From assembly GCA_038210985.1 (NCBI GenBank), contig JBBQWB010000005.1, positions 19-64,018 of the forward strand: a stretch of DNA of 64,000 bases, written 5' to 3'. Under the pieces are notes generated by a model that saw nothing but the letters and a program-made list of their open reading frames with translations, had not been told where the DNA came from and did no database searches. A program made the position numbers and the translations under genes. This DNA is from Bacteroidales bacterium. Lineage in GTDB: Bacteria; Bacteroidota; Bacteroidia; Bacteroidales; WCHB1-69. Of this stretch, positions 32,798 to 43,313 are shown in pieces (within the stretch, counting starts at the first letter, position 1; each line of letters opens with the position of its first letter).

Positions 32798-35095
32798 ATG
32801 AAAAACAAGTTATGGATATTTCTGGTGTTGTTGTTTTTTTTGTCCAATATTAGGGCACAAAAAGTAGCCTTAGTTCTCAGTGGAGGAGGAGCAAAGGGGA
32901 CAGCACATATTGGAGTAATACGAGCACTAGAGGAAGAAGGAATTCCCATTGATTATATTGCAGGTACATCTGCTGGAGCAATTGTTGGCGGCATGTATGC
33001 TGCTGGGCTTTCTCCCGATCAAATGGAAGCAATATTTCTCAATCCTGAATTTTCGAGCTGGGTTACAGGTGTAATTGATGAAGAATATATTTATTATTTT
33101 AAAAAACGAAAACCTAATCCAACTTGGGTTAGGGTAAAATTTGAATGGGATTCCATTTTTTCTCCGTCCTTACCAATAAATATTATTTCTCCATATCAAA
33201 TGGATTTTGCTTTTATCGAGCTTTTTTCGCAAGCCGACGTGCCTTCAAAAGGTAATTTCGATAGTTTGTTTATCCCTTTTAGGTGTGTTGCTACAAATTT
33301 GAATGAAAACATAGGGCAAGTCTTAAAATGTGGCAGCTTGCGTGATGCAATTAGGGCTTCCATGACCTATCCTTTTTATTTTAAACCCATTAAAATTGAT
33401 GGAAATGTAATGTATGATGGCGGAATGCGAAATAATTTTCCTTCGGATGTTGCCCTCGAAGAGTTTAATCCAGATGTTATAATTGGCAGTAAAGTTTCTC
33501 AATCAAACGAAACTCCAAATCCCGATAATCTTTTTACAATCCTCGAAAACATGTTGATGTTCAACGAGCAATTTGATCTTCTATGTGGATATGGAGTTTT
33601 AATCGAACCAAAAGTTGAAAATATTAGTGTTATCGATTTTTCAAAATCCGAAATATTTATTAAAAACGGATATATTGCTGCAAAAGCAAAAATTCGCGAA
33701 ATTCGAATGTATGTTCACGACAGCGTTCCTCAATGGCAAGTTGACATTCGCCGTAAGGAATTTACAGATAAAAAAGTTCCAGTTTACTTTGATGAAGTTA
33801 GTGTTAAAGGATTAGATTATCTTCAATCGGAATTTTTAAAAAAACAGTTACTAAAACGAAAGGATTCAATATCTCTAAGTGAACTTAAAAAAGAATATTT
33901 TAAGATTATTGCAGATGATAAAATCCGAAGTATCTATCCTAGTATTTTCTATAATATCAAAACAAATAAATATGCTTTTAACGCAATTGTAGAAAAATCC
34001 GAAAATTTTGAGTTGCAGTTTGGAGGTAATATTTCATCTAGCACTTTTACTACGTTTTTTCTGGAGTTGCAATACAAACAATTTGATATTCAAGGTTTAA
34101 AAGTTGCAGGAAATGCCTATTTAGGTAGGTTTTATAATTCGGCTTCTGCCAATGTTCGAATGGATTATGCTGGAGATAATCCTTTTTATCAGGAAGTTAC
34201 GATTGGCTTTAATAATTTTAACTTTTATAATACTTCCAGAATGTTTTTTGGAGATGAAACGCCTTCTTTTATCCGGAAAAATGAAAATTTTCTGAACTTC
34301 AATTTTTCATTTCCTTCCAAATATACAAATAAAGCAAAACTTGATTTTGGACTGAATATCGCATCCCTATCCGATAGCTATTATCAAACGTTTAATTTTA
34401 CACGACTCGACACCTACGATGAAAATTCTATGGACATGATAGGTGTTTATTTGCAACGTGAATTTAATACACTCGATAAACCTCAGTATGCTACTAGCGG
34501 ACAAAAACTAACATTCCAAACGCTTTATGTAAACGGATCTGAGCGAAATTCTCCAGGTTCAACTTCTCCCAATTTGAATGCACAAACAAAAAGTCATAAT
34601 TGGTTCACACTCCGAATGAACTACGAAAATTATGCTCCAATTTCAAGAAAATGGCGAATGGGAATTACAGGCGATTGTGCCTTTTCAAATCAGCAAGTTT
34701 CGGCAACGTATGTGGCTAGTAAACTTCGAGCACCAGCCTTTGTGCCAATTCCTCAATCGCAAGCAATATTTTTACGAAACTACCGCGATTTTAATTATCT
34801 TGCCATAGGATGGAAAAATATTTTTAAAGTGTATAAAAGTGTCGATTTTAGAGTGGAAACTTATGGATATATGCCAATTACTCCAATTTTGAGAAATACC
34901 GACGGTACTGCTTATATTGCCGACTTTAAAGATTGCTATAAATATGCAACTTTTATAGGTTCTGCTGGATTAGTATACGGAACCAAAATCGGTCCGCTCT
35001 CGCTAACCATAGATTATTACAGTAACTACGAAGATTACCTCACGTTTGGATTGAATTTTGGGTATCTTTTGTTTAATAAACGACCGCTTTATTAA
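32798..35095 (+). CDS. Patatin-like phospholipase fused to an Omp85-type beta-barrel (PlpD-like)
   Basis: The start is moved to ATG 32798. Signal peptide, the patatin motifs LVLSGGGAKGTAHIG and GTSAGA, an active-site DGG, and a C-terminal strand-rich half ending in an aromatic residue (...FNKRPLY). Confidence 0.85.
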   Translation: MKNKLWIFLVLLFFLSNIRAQKVALVLSGGGAKGTAHIGVIRALEEEGIPIDYIAGTSAGAIVGGMYAAGLSPDQMEAIFLNPEFSSWVTGVIDEEYIYYFKKRKPNPTWVRVKFEWDSIFSPSLPINIISPYQMDFAFIELFSQADVPSKGNFDSLFIPFRCVATNLNENIGQVLKCGSLRDAIRASMTYPFYFKPIKIDGNVMYDGGMRNNFPSDVALEEFNPDVIIGSKVSQSNETPNPDNLFTILENMLMFNEQFDLLCGYGVLIEPKVENISVIDFSKSEIFIKNGYIAAKAKIREIRMYVHDSVPQWQVDIRRKEFTDKKVPVYFDEVSVKGLDYLQSEFLKKQLLKRKDSISLSELKKEYFKIIADDKIRSIYPSIFYNIKTNKYAFNAIVEKSENFELQFGGNISSSTFTTFFLELQYKQFDIQGLKVAGNAYLGRFYNSASANVRMDYAGDNPFYQEVTIGFNNFNFYNTSRMFFGDETPSFIRKNENFLNFNFSFPSKYTNKAKLDFGLNIASLSDSYYQTFNFTRLDTYDENSMDMIGVYLQREFNTLDKPQYATSGQKLTFQTLYVNGSERNSPGSTSPNLNAQTKSHNWFTLRMNYENYAPISRKWRMGITGDCAFSNQQVSATYVASKLRAPAFVPIPQSQAIFLRNYRDFNYLAIGWKNIFKVYKSVDFRVETYGYMPITPILRNTDGTAYIADFKDCYKYATFIGSAGLVYGTKIGPLSLTIDYYSNYEDYLTFGLNFGYLLFNKRPLY

Positions 35096-35204
35096 TTTGA
35101 TTTTGATGCATTTTCGATACATTTCATAATAAATCTAAAATGATACTAATTTCCTTTTGTATTTTTCAAAAAATTACTAATTTCGTTTAATTATAATTAA
35201 AGCT

Positions 35205-36503
35205 ATGAAATACAAATCCATCGACTCCTCTTTGTTTGTTAGAAACCGACAAAAAGTTGTCAATAAGTTAAAATCAGATAGTCTGCTAATCCTTGTGTCT
35301 AACGACGAAATGCCACGCTCGGGCGACCAGTATTTTCCGTTTAAGCAAAATCCAAACATGTTATACTTAACGGGTATTGATCAGGAAGAAACCATTTTGA
35401 TTTTATGTCCCAATCATCCAAATGAATCGTATCGCGAAATTTTGTTTTTGAAACAAACAAACGAGCATATTGCCGTTTGGAATGGTCACAAATATACAAA
35501 GGAAGAAGGAAAAGCAATTTCTGGAATTTTAAATGTAAAATGGATTGAAGATTTTGACGCAATTTTAAAAGAGTTAATGGTTTATTCCAGAAATACCTAT
35601 TTGAATATTCCCGAAAATCCTCGTTTTTCGACCGAAGTTGTGTGCAATGAAAGTCGTTTTGCCAATAAATTAATGAAACAGTTTCCGTTGCATAAATATC
35701 GCCGATTTGCTCCAATTATTGATGTTATAAGAGTGGTTAAAGATGCCGAAGAAATTGAACAACTGAAAAAAGCGTGCGAAATTACATCAAAGGCTTTTTT
35801 TAAAGCTGTTGCTCAAGTTAAACCAGGTGTAATGGAATACGAAGTGGAAGCCGAATTAATTGGTGAAATGATTCGCAATGGAGCCTCAGGTCATTCGTTT
35901 ACGCCTATTGTTGCTTCCGGAAAAGGAACTTGCGTATTGCATTATATCGAAAATGATAAGCCAATGAAAGACGGAGATATGCTGTTGATGGATTTTGGAG
36001 CGGAATATGCTCATTATGCAGGCGATTTATCTCGAACAATTCCGGTAAATGGTAAGTTTTCTAATCGACAGAAGGAGGTTTATCAAGCATGTTTAAACGT
36101 GTATAAACAAGCAAAAAAAATGTTTGTACCCGGAAATACAATAAATAAACTTCATGCCGAAGTGTGTAAAATAATGGAACAGGAACTTGTAAAATTAGGT
36201 CTGTTTTCTTACGCCGATGTTGCCAATCAAGACCCGAATAATCCGCTTTTTAAAAAATATTTTATGCATGGCACTTCGCACTTTATCGGACTGGATGTGC
36301 ATGATGTTGGCACCAAAGATATGGTATTTTTAAACGGAATGGTGTTAAGTTGCGAGCCTGGTATTTATATCCCCGAAGAGGAAATTGGAATACGAATTGA
36401 AACCGATATGGTTGTAAGTCAATATCCTGTTGATTTGCTCGAAAATGTACCAGTTGAAGTAGAGGATTTGGAAGCATTGATGGGTAATAAAAGTAAAAAG
36501 TAA
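35205..36503 (+). CDS. M24B family Xaa-Pro aminopeptidase
   Basis: N-terminal AMP_N-like region and pita-bread fold metal ligands (LMDFGAEYAHYAGDLSRT, HGTSHFIGLDVHD, EPGIY, IRIETD). Confidence 0.85.
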   Translation: MKYKSIDSSLFVRNRQKVVNKLKSDSLLILVSNDEMPRSGDQYFPFKQNPNMLYLTGIDQEETILILCPNHPNESYREILFLKQTNEHIAVWNGHKYTKEEGKAISGILNVKWIEDFDAILKELMVYSRNTYLNIPENPRFSTEVVCNESRFANKLMKQFPLHKYRRFAPIIDVIRVVKDAEEIEQLKKACEITSKAFFKAVAQVKPGVMEYEVEAELIGEMIRNGASGHSFTPIVASGKGTCVLHYIENDKPMKDGDMLLMDFGAEYAHYAGDLSRTIPVNGKFSNRQKEVYQACLNVYKQAKKMFVPGNTINKLHAEVCKIMEQELVKLGLFSYADVANQDPNNPLFKKYFMHGTSHFIGLDVHDVGTKDMVFLNGMVLSCEPGIYIPEEEIGIRIETDMVVSQYPVDLLENVPVEVEDLEALMGNKSKK

Positions 36504-36643
36504 ACTGTTTCACGAATATTAAACTGCAAAGAATTTATTTCACAGTATAACAGTGTACCCCTGTGTGTACATTGTGCAACTCTGTGTAACTTTTTCCGTT
36601 TTAACCGCAGAGTAACGCAAAGTTTTCCGCAAAGCTTTTATGG

Positions 36644-36737
36644 TTGTCATGCATCCGCCAGTGGTTGGAGAAACGTATTGAATCTTAAGCATCTATTACG
36701 TTATTAGATTCCTCACTAAGTGTTGGAATGACAAATC
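36644..36737 (+). repeat. Intergenic repeat module E, copy 1 (94 bp)
   Basis: TTGTCATGCATCCGCCAGTGGTTGGAGAAACGTATTGAATCTTAAGCATCTATTACGTTATTAGATTCCTCACTAAGTGTTGGAATGACAAATC. It differs at only a few positions from 44354-44447. Confidence 0.9.
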
Positions 36738-36822
36738 GCTAGGGTAAAAGACAAATGTTTGTGATGCAGTAACTTTAAACCATTTATTATTACAGTAAAT
36801 GCATTTGATAAGTATTTGGCAC

Positions 36823-36858
36823 AAAAAAAGGATGCGTATATTTTACACATCCTTTTTA
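36823..36858 (-). terminator. Rho-independent terminator of the 36878-41608 gene
   Basis: AAAAAGGATG (36825-34) pairs with CATCCTTTTT (36848-57) across a 13-nt loop. On the minus strand the stem is followed by a T-run. Located 20 nt after the stop. Confidence 0.75.
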
Positions 36859-36877
36859 TTTGATTCAATTAGATGAA

Positions 36878-39800
36878 CTATTGAACAATGATTTTTTTGA
36901 TAATATTTTGACGATCGGTAATAATCTTTACAATGTAAGTTGAGGAGGTTAAATGCGATAAATCACTAACGTTTTGATTTCCGGTAAATACCAAGCGTCC
37001 TTGAATATCATATAGTTTAATTTCCTTAATTACTTCATTGTCTAAGTTTTGAACATATAATTTTTTATTACTTTGCCAAACCATTATTTGCGATAAATTA
37101 TTTTCGGTAACACCGCTGGTAATTGGTTCTTTAAATTCAAATCTATCCACCATGTCACTTTCAGTTGGAGTGAAGATATAAGGGATGTTAGGGTAAATAA
37201 ATGTCTGACTTACTTTATCATACAATACTGGAATTTGCGTTCCATCGAGAGTATGAGAGTAGATAATAACATGTTCAGTAAGTTCGGCAGGTTCAAAATA
37301 AATATTTCTATTAAATAATTTATCCATATTATTGAAGGTAGAAATTGTCATTTCTTCCGTTCCTTTTTTACTGTATAATTGAGGTGCAACAATGCTTCCT
37401 CTTAATTTTGAGGCATCAAACATAGGATCAAAATCATCCATAGATTCCTGACGAATTACAAAAACTGTTTCATCCGAAAAATTCTCATTTGCTACTTTAA
37501 CTCGAATTATGTTTGCAGCATCTTCATTTTTAAGGAAAGGAGTGGTGTTGTGAACTCTAACATTATTATTCATGCTAATACTGCTGCCACTTGTGATTGC
37601 TTGAACAAAGAAACCTTGTCCAGATGCAATATATCTACTTCCACCATTGGCAGATATTCCTTGTTCGTTACCAGTGATAGATAAATAAACTTTATATTGG
37701 TTATTATCCCAAGTGTATATTGCCCTTCCAACATTGGTTTTTGACCAACCGCTGGCTGCATCCACATCTATTGCGGATGGGTATGGATTTCCAATAAGAT
37801 TCCATCCATCACTTGTTTTTGGAAGAGCTATTGGTCCAACTGTTCCATTGTTTATCATTCCAGTATATGTTCTGGTTTCACTACTGTTAGTCCAAATAGA
37901 ATAACCCTGACCAACATTCAGCGGTATGCTTGTGGCAGAAATATATTCACCAAAAGCATTGGTGGTTTCATTGTATAGTCTTAGCCAGATATCCGTAAAA
38001 ACTCCAGATACCGCATTGGTAATTGGGGATGAAGTTAAATGCCATTTTCCAGAAGATAAATAGCGTTCAATTTTGTATGAACCACTTCCTGCTGTTGTAT
38101 TGGTAATCAATGACCCGTCTCCTGAGGCATTCGATTTTATAGTTAGTGTTCCGTTATTTGTAAGTTCTTGAGCAATGGTTAATGTACCACCTTGATTAAT
38201 AGTTAAAGTTGATCCATTTTCGATTGTAATATTTTTTGCCAGAGCATTAGTGCCAGAACCGACAATAGGCTTATTTGCCACATTTGGAATTACAGCATCT
38301 TTGGTAATGTTTGGAATGGTTGCAGGATTCCAGTTGCCAACAGTATTCCAATCTGTACTAGAACTTCCGGTCCATTGATGAGCTAAAGCAGTGTAATGAG
38401 TTATATAAATATCATCCCAGTTAATACGGTTGCCACCAATGATTTTTTCCAGCCTAATTCGAACATTACCAGGTATATTAACTGTAAATACTTTTGTTTG
38501 TAAAGTAGTAGTGCTTGATACAATTGTATCGCTAATAAAAGCGGTCCATGTTGCTCCTCCATCATCTGAAACTTTCAGCAACCAACTTGCGATTGCATCA
38601 CTTCCATATCTCGCAGTAGAAACCGAAACAGTTCCGATACCACCCGTTATATCAAAATTTGTTTGAATATAACCTGCATTTCTTAAACGTACTGATTGAG
38701 TTCCGTTTTTCGGATCATCTGGAGATGTACCGATTAAAGCATCGGACATGTACCAATTACCGGCAGAACAAGTAACATTTCCAGCGGTATATGAGCCTTT
38801 ACTTCCTATTTCAAAATCTTCCCAAGGAGCATCCAATGTGGGTTTACTTAATGGATTGTTTGTAGCTATTGTAACATTGTATTTTGTGTAAGTTCCAGTA
38901 TTGTTATATTCGTAAACTCTAAACCAATAGGTAGTGGCTGGACTTAATTCCGAAACTATGACTGAATTGCCATTATCGTTATATACAATTTGTTCCCCAC
39001 TTCCATACACTGTATTAGCCAAATAATTGGTGCCATCAACAGGGTCTGTAAATGAATTACTTGTGTTTACTTTTACTATTCTTTTTTCACCGTTGCCAGA
39101 AGTCCAGCTGAGATCAATAGATCTAGAACCTATTGTTGTAAAAATAATATTGGTTGCCTGTGTTGTTGGAGCGGCTCCAAAAACATCTCCACTTAAAGTT
39201 ACTGTTTTATCACTAGCACCTGAAGATGTAACTTGAATGGTTTGAGTGTTGTATTGACTTACAGCTAAGCCAGTTTTTAAGCGAACATAAATATTTTGAG
39301 TAACACTTCCCAATATGGGTGTTATTTCAATTGGGTTTGTTGGAGTAAAACCAGCACCCGAAACAGTAGAAATTTCATAATTTGCAGGTGGAGCAATGCT
39401 GACATTATGGGTTAAATCTGAACCAGTAACGATAAATGACTGTTGTGCTGAAGGCCCATTTCCAAAGATATATGCAAAATTATTCAACGAAGTTTCTGAA
39501 ACAGAAATAGCCGGTGAAACTGCACCTACTTGAATAAAACCTCCAATTGCTAAACCATTTGTACCAGCAGTAGCTGCAGACTGAAATCCCCAACCTCCAG
39601 TGGTTGTTTGACCACTAGCATAATAACGTAGTGTAACTGTAGTGCCTGAAGCAATATTTTGAAGAGCAGAAACACCAGACAAATTTAATTGTGTCATTGT
39701 AAGTGAAGTGGATTGTACTGGTGAACCAATAAGTGTAAAAGTTGAACCATCGGTACTATAAGCAAATTGCGATGTTACACCTGGAGTAGCAAAAAAACTG

Positions 39801-41608
39801 GCTGTACCATTAAAATTTGCATCTATTGTCGCTATCGACATAGTATATCCAACACTTGGGGCAAGTGTAATTTGTAAATAATCTGTATTTGCAGTTGATA
39901 TACCTTCATTTTTAAAACCAGCCGTTCTAAATGAATTATTTGCATTACTCCATACAGCGCCTGCACCACGAGTAATAGTATTTGCATTAGACGTTGAAAC
40001 TAAATTAGTATTAAATGTAGTTGCGGGATAAGTTGGCAATGAGGTAGATCCAACTCCTGTAAAATCCCAGGCAGCTATTACCGCTGGTGCTGAATTAATA
40101 ATAATATTCCCACTTGTTGTATTTGTTAATACACCTGAACTTGCGGTAATGGTATATGTGCTAGTAGCATTAAATTTAATATCGTTGAAAGTTGCAACTC
40201 CATTAACGGCTGCTACAGTGAGTGTGCCTGAAATTAAACCGCTTCCGCTTGCTTTACTTAATATGATATTTCCACTAAATTCAGTGTCAATGCTATTGTC
40301 TGGACGATGAGCTTCCAACGTAAAACTAGATAAATTGGTATTAATAATACCTGTAGCTGGAGGAGTTGTGCCAAAAGCTAATTTTGTTGCTGGTGATTTG
40401 GTGGTAAAGGTTAAAACATTTCCGTAAATGTAAGTCGAGCCATCGTAAACATACGCTTTATAACTGTATCCAGTATTTGATGTTAATCCTATTAATGCAA
40501 GTGAATAAGCACCAGTGGTTAATCCAGCAACTGTATTTTTTGTAACTCCAGTTCCACCAACCAATGGATTGTTATTTGCAGAAGTTAGTGAATATACAAA
40601 ACCTTTTTCGCTAGTATTAGGGCAAGTGCCAAGAGTAGTTAAATTTGCATTTAAAGTTGCCGTTGTATTTCCAATAGTGCTTGCAGCTTGAGAACTGACT
40701 ACGGCTGTAATTGCTCCTGTGCCACTACCAGTAACTGAACGGTCAATACTACTGGAAACGCCACCGCCACCAATTGCGATATTGCCATTATAAGATTGAG
40801 CAACAACGGGAGAAAATTTGACAAAAACCTCTTGACTAATGCTTCCACTGCTTGGAGCAATAGAAAGAGAAGGGTTGTATACACCACCAGATGTAGTAGA
40901 ATATGTGAATCCACTTAAGGCAGCAACGGTAACATTGGCAGTGGTTAAATTTGAGCCTGTAATTGTAAAGCTATTGGGACCATAAGTACCTCCTATACAT
41001 TGCGTGCCAAAATCAGCAAGGGGAGAAACGGAGAGAGTGGGAGTGGCTGATATAGTCCCTACAAGTTTAATATCGTCGATACGGAATTGAGTAGTAGTAA
41101 TAGTTTGTGTAAATCTAATTCTCAAATTTGCGGTTGCAGGAATAGTTCCTGACGGTGTAATAAGAATCCAAGTGGCTGTTCCTGAACCCGTAGGACGTGT
41201 ATAAGTTAGTTGTGTCCAACTTGTTCCATCCGAACTGATTTCTATTTTAAGTTCGTTATTTCCTGTTGTGGTGCTTTTATTATGTCCAAGTGAAAGTGTC
41301 AAGTTAGTATATCCGCTAGTATTAATGCCTTCAATCATAAAATCTTTACCCACCAAAGCTGTAATAAAAACATTTGCTCCACCTGAAGCCCCCGTGTATC
41401 CTGAAGAGCTAGTGCTGGTTCTTAAATCTGCAGTTCCAGACATGGTATATGAGTCATTATCAAAGCCATTGGCTGTTTCATGAGCACTAATAGCGGTTGT
41501 ACCACCAACTGTACCCATTGTTTCCGTGAAAATTGTCGTTTGTGCAAAAGTACTACCCATGCCTATCATAATGGCTAGGAGCATAATAAAAGCGTTAATT
41601 TTTTTCAT
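36878..41608 (-). CDS. Very large T9SS type A cargo protein (adhesin-like; Thr/Ser/Gly-rich Ig/FN3-like repeats)
   Basis: The start is moved to MKKINAFIMLLAIMIGMGSTFAQ (ATG 41608). FN3-like segment (SIDLSWTSGNGEKRIVK...ATTYWFRVYEYN). The C-terminal Por_Secre_tail (LYVQNLDNEV...STYIVKIITDRQNIIKKIIVQ) is followed by a rho-independent terminator. Confidence 0.8.
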   Translation of the reverse strand: MKKINAFIMLLAIMIGMGSTFAQTTIFTETMGTVGGTTAISAHETANGFDNDSYTMSGTADLRTSTSSSGYTGASGGANVFITALVGKDFMIEGINTSGYTNLTLSLGHNKSTTTGNNELKIEISSDGTSWTQLTYTRPTGSGTATWILITPSGTIPATANLRIRFTQTITTTQFRIDDIKLVGTISATPTLSVSPLADFGTQCIGGTYGPNSFTITGSNLTTANVTVAALSGFTYSTTSGGVYNPSLSIAPSSGSISQEVFVKFSPVVAQSYNGNIAIGGGGVSSSIDRSVTGSGTGAITAVVSSQAASTIGNTTATLNANLTTLGTCPNTSEKGFVYSLTSANNNPLVGGTGVTKNTVAGLTTGAYSLALIGLTSNTGYSYKAYVYDGSTYIYGNVLTFTTKSPATKLAFGTTPPATGIINTNLSSFTLEAHRPDNSIDTEFSGNIILSKASGSGLISGTLTVAAVNGVATFNDIKFNATSTYTITASSGVLTNTTSGNIIINSAPAVIAAWDFTGVGSTSLPTYPATTFNTNLVSTSNANTITRGAGAVWSNANNSFRTAGFKNEGISTANTDYLQITLAPSVGYTMSIATIDANFNGTASFFATPGVTSQFAYSTDGSTFTLIGSPVQSTSLTMTQLNLSGVSALQNIASGTTVTLRYYASGQTTTGGWGFQSAATAGTNGLAIGGFIQVGAVSPAISVSETSLNNFAYIFGNGPSAQQSFIVTGSDLTHNVSIAPPANYEISTVSGAGFTPTNPIEITPILGSVTQNIYVRLKTGLAVSQYNTQTIQVTSSGASDKTVTLSGDVFGAAPTTQATNIIFTTIGSRSIDLSWTSGNGEKRIVKVNTSNSFTDPVDGTNYLANTVYGSGEQIVYNDNGNSVIVSELSPATTYWFRVYEYNNTGTYTKYNVTIATNNPLSKPTLDAPWEDFEIGSKGSYTAGNVTCSAGNWYMSDALIGTSPDDPKNGTQSVRLRNAGYIQTNFDITGGIGTVSVSTARYGSDAIASWLLKVSDDGGATWTAFISDTIVSSTTTLQTKVFTVNIPGNVRIRLEKIIGGNRINWDDIYITHYTALAHQWTGSSSTDWNTVGNWNPATIPNITKDAVIPNVANKPIVGSGTNALAKNITIENGSTLTINQGGTLTIAQELTNNGTLTIKSNASGDGSLITNTTAGSGSYKIERYLSSGKWHLTSSPITNAVSGVFTDIWLRLYNETTNAFGEYISATSIPLNVGQGYSIWTNSSETRTYTGMINNGTVGPIALPKTSDGWNLIGNPYPSAIDVDAASGWSKTNVGRAIYTWDNNQYKVYLSITGNEQGISANGGSRYIASGQGFFVQAITSGSSISMNNNVRVHNTTPFLKNEDAANIIRVKVANENFSDETVFVIRQESMDDFDPMFDASKLRGSIVAPQLYSKKGTEEMTISTFNNMDKLFNRNIYFEPAELTEHVIIYSHTLDGTQIPVLYDKVSQTFIYPNIPYIFTPTESDMVDRFEFKEPITSGVTENNLSQIMVWQSNKKLYVQNLDNEVIKEIKLYDIQGRLVFTGNQNVSDLSHLTSSTYIVKIITDRQNIIKKIIVQ

Positions 41609-41863
41609 ATCAATTTGATTTGTGTATATGCAGTTTTTATTTGTATTCAAACAAACAAAAAAACACAGAAATTGTTCTTAATTACAATTTCTATCTTATT
41701 GTTTTTTGAAATATATGCAAAAATACGTTTTTTTATTCTTTGTTACAAATATTTATAGCAAACTTAACAAAATAAAACACAGTTTTTTAATTATTGAATT
41801 TGAGATAATAATTACATTTTTCTTAATTCACCTTAAATTTTCCTCAAATTTCAAAGATTTATT

Positions 41864-41871
41864 TACTTTTG
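41864..41871 (+). promoter_or_regulatory. -7 box TACTTTTG upstream of pepP
   Basis: Exact TAnnTTTG match ending 40 nt before the ATG at 41912. It overlaps the track's upstream-extended start at 41873, which argues against that start. Confidence 0.4.
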
Positions 41872-41911
41872 TGTGAGAATCATTTTAAATAAACAAATAA
41901 AAATCAGGTTT

Positions 41912-43297
41912 ATGTTTCAAAAAGAAGTATATAAAAATCGCAGAGCTCAATTGCTCGAAAAAATCGAAAACGGTATAATAATCTTATTGGGAAATACCGA
42001 AAGTCCGATGAATTATCCATCCAATACGTTTCATTTTCGTCAAGACAGTAACTTTTTATATTTTGCTGGATTAAATCATCCTAATATGGCGATGATTATG
42101 GATGTAGATGAAAAAAAATGTACGCTTTTTGGCGATGATTTTGAAATTGATGACATTATTTGGATGGGACCACAACCAAAAATTTTGGAACTTGCAACAA
42201 ATGTTGGAATTGACCATACAGCTGCATTTGGCGAATTTGATAAAATGGTAGAAATTGCAAAAATGAATGGACGCAAAATTCATTTCGTGCCTCCTTATCG
42301 TGCCGAAAATAAGATTAAGCTGAGTGATATTTTAGCTATTTCAGTTCAGAATTTAAAAGCGAAAGCTTCCGTTGAATTAATTAAAGCAATTGTATCGCTT
42401 CGCGAAATTAAAAGCAATTTGGAAATTGCCGAGATGGAAAAAGCATGTTTAACAGGTTACAATATGCAAACTACCGCCATGAAAATGTGTAAAGCTGGTA
42501 TATTTGAGCGCGAAATTGCAGGAGCAATTGAAGGCATTGCATTGGCTGGTGGTGGAAGCGTTTCTTTTCCAGTAATTTTATCACAAAATGGCGAAACATT
42601 GCACAACCACGATCATAGTAAAGTTTTAGAAAATGGACGTTTGCTTTTAGTGGATTGTGGTGCCGAAAATGATATGAATTATTGTTCGGATTATACACGA
42701 ACTATTCCGGTTAGCGGAAAATATTCGGACAAACAAAAAGCAATTTATCAAATTGTGTTGGATGCTAATACAAAATCTATTGAAGCAATTAAACCTGGAA
42801 TAAAATACAGAGAAGTTCATTTTTTGTCGGCTAAAATTGTTGCTCAAGGTTTAAAAGATTTAGGTTTGATGAAAGGCGATGTGGACAAAGCAGTTGAACT
42901 AGGTGCACACGCTTTGTTTTTACCTCACGGATTAGGACATCAGCTGGGTTTGGATGTTCATGACATGGAAGATTTAGGTGAAAATTTTGTGGGATATGAC
43001 GAAACTACGCATCGAAGCGATATTTTTGGAACCGCATATTTGCGTATGGGTAAACAATTACAGCCAGGACACGTAATTACCGTTGAACCTGGTATTTATT
43101 TTATTCCAACCCTGATTGATATTTGGAAAGCCAAAAATAAATTTCCCGAATTCATAAATTATGATGCATTGGAAGAATATAAAACTTTTGGTGGAATTCG
43201 TATTGAAGACGATGTGTTAGTAACCGAAACGGGATATAGAGTTTTGGGCAAAGCTGTTCCAAAAACTATTGCTGAAGTGGAAGACATGATGGCTTAA
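41912..43297 (+). CDS. pepP: Aminopeptidase P family (M24B) Xaa-Pro aminopeptidase
   Basis: The start is moved to MFQKEVYKNRRAQLL (ATG 41912). Metal-ligand blocks LVDCGAENDMNYCSDYTRT, HGLGHQLGLDVHD, EPGIYF and GIRIEDD. Confidence 0.85.
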   Translation: MFQKEVYKNRRAQLLEKIENGIIILLGNTESPMNYPSNTFHFRQDSNFLYFAGLNHPNMAMIMDVDEKKCTLFGDDFEIDDIIWMGPQPKILELATNVGIDHTAAFGEFDKMVEIAKMNGRKIHFVPPYRAENKIKLSDILAISVQNLKAKASVELIKAIVSLREIKSNLEIAEMEKACLTGYNMQTTAMKMCKAGIFEREIAGAIEGIALAGGGSVSFPVILSQNGETLHNHDHSKVLENGRLLLVDCGAENDMNYCSDYTRTIPVSGKYSDKQKAIYQIVLDANTKSIEAIKPGIKYREVHFLSAKIVAQGLKDLGLMKGDVDKAVELGAHALFLPHGLGHQLGLDVHDMEDLGENFVGYDETTHRSDIFGTAYLRMGKQLQPGHVITVEPGIYFIPTLIDIWKAKNKFPEFINYDALEEYKTFGGIRIEDDVLVTETGYRVLGKAVPKTIAEVEDMMA

Positions 43298-43313
43298 TTC
43301 AGTATTATTACAA

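Noticed and set aside
41667-41692. 9-bp inverted repeat AGAAATTGT-N8-ACAATTTCT in the leader region of the giant minus-strand T9SS gene, which could be an operator.
   Set aside because: It is a single short AT-rich palindrome with no second copy in the window. It cannot be separated from chance without comparative data.
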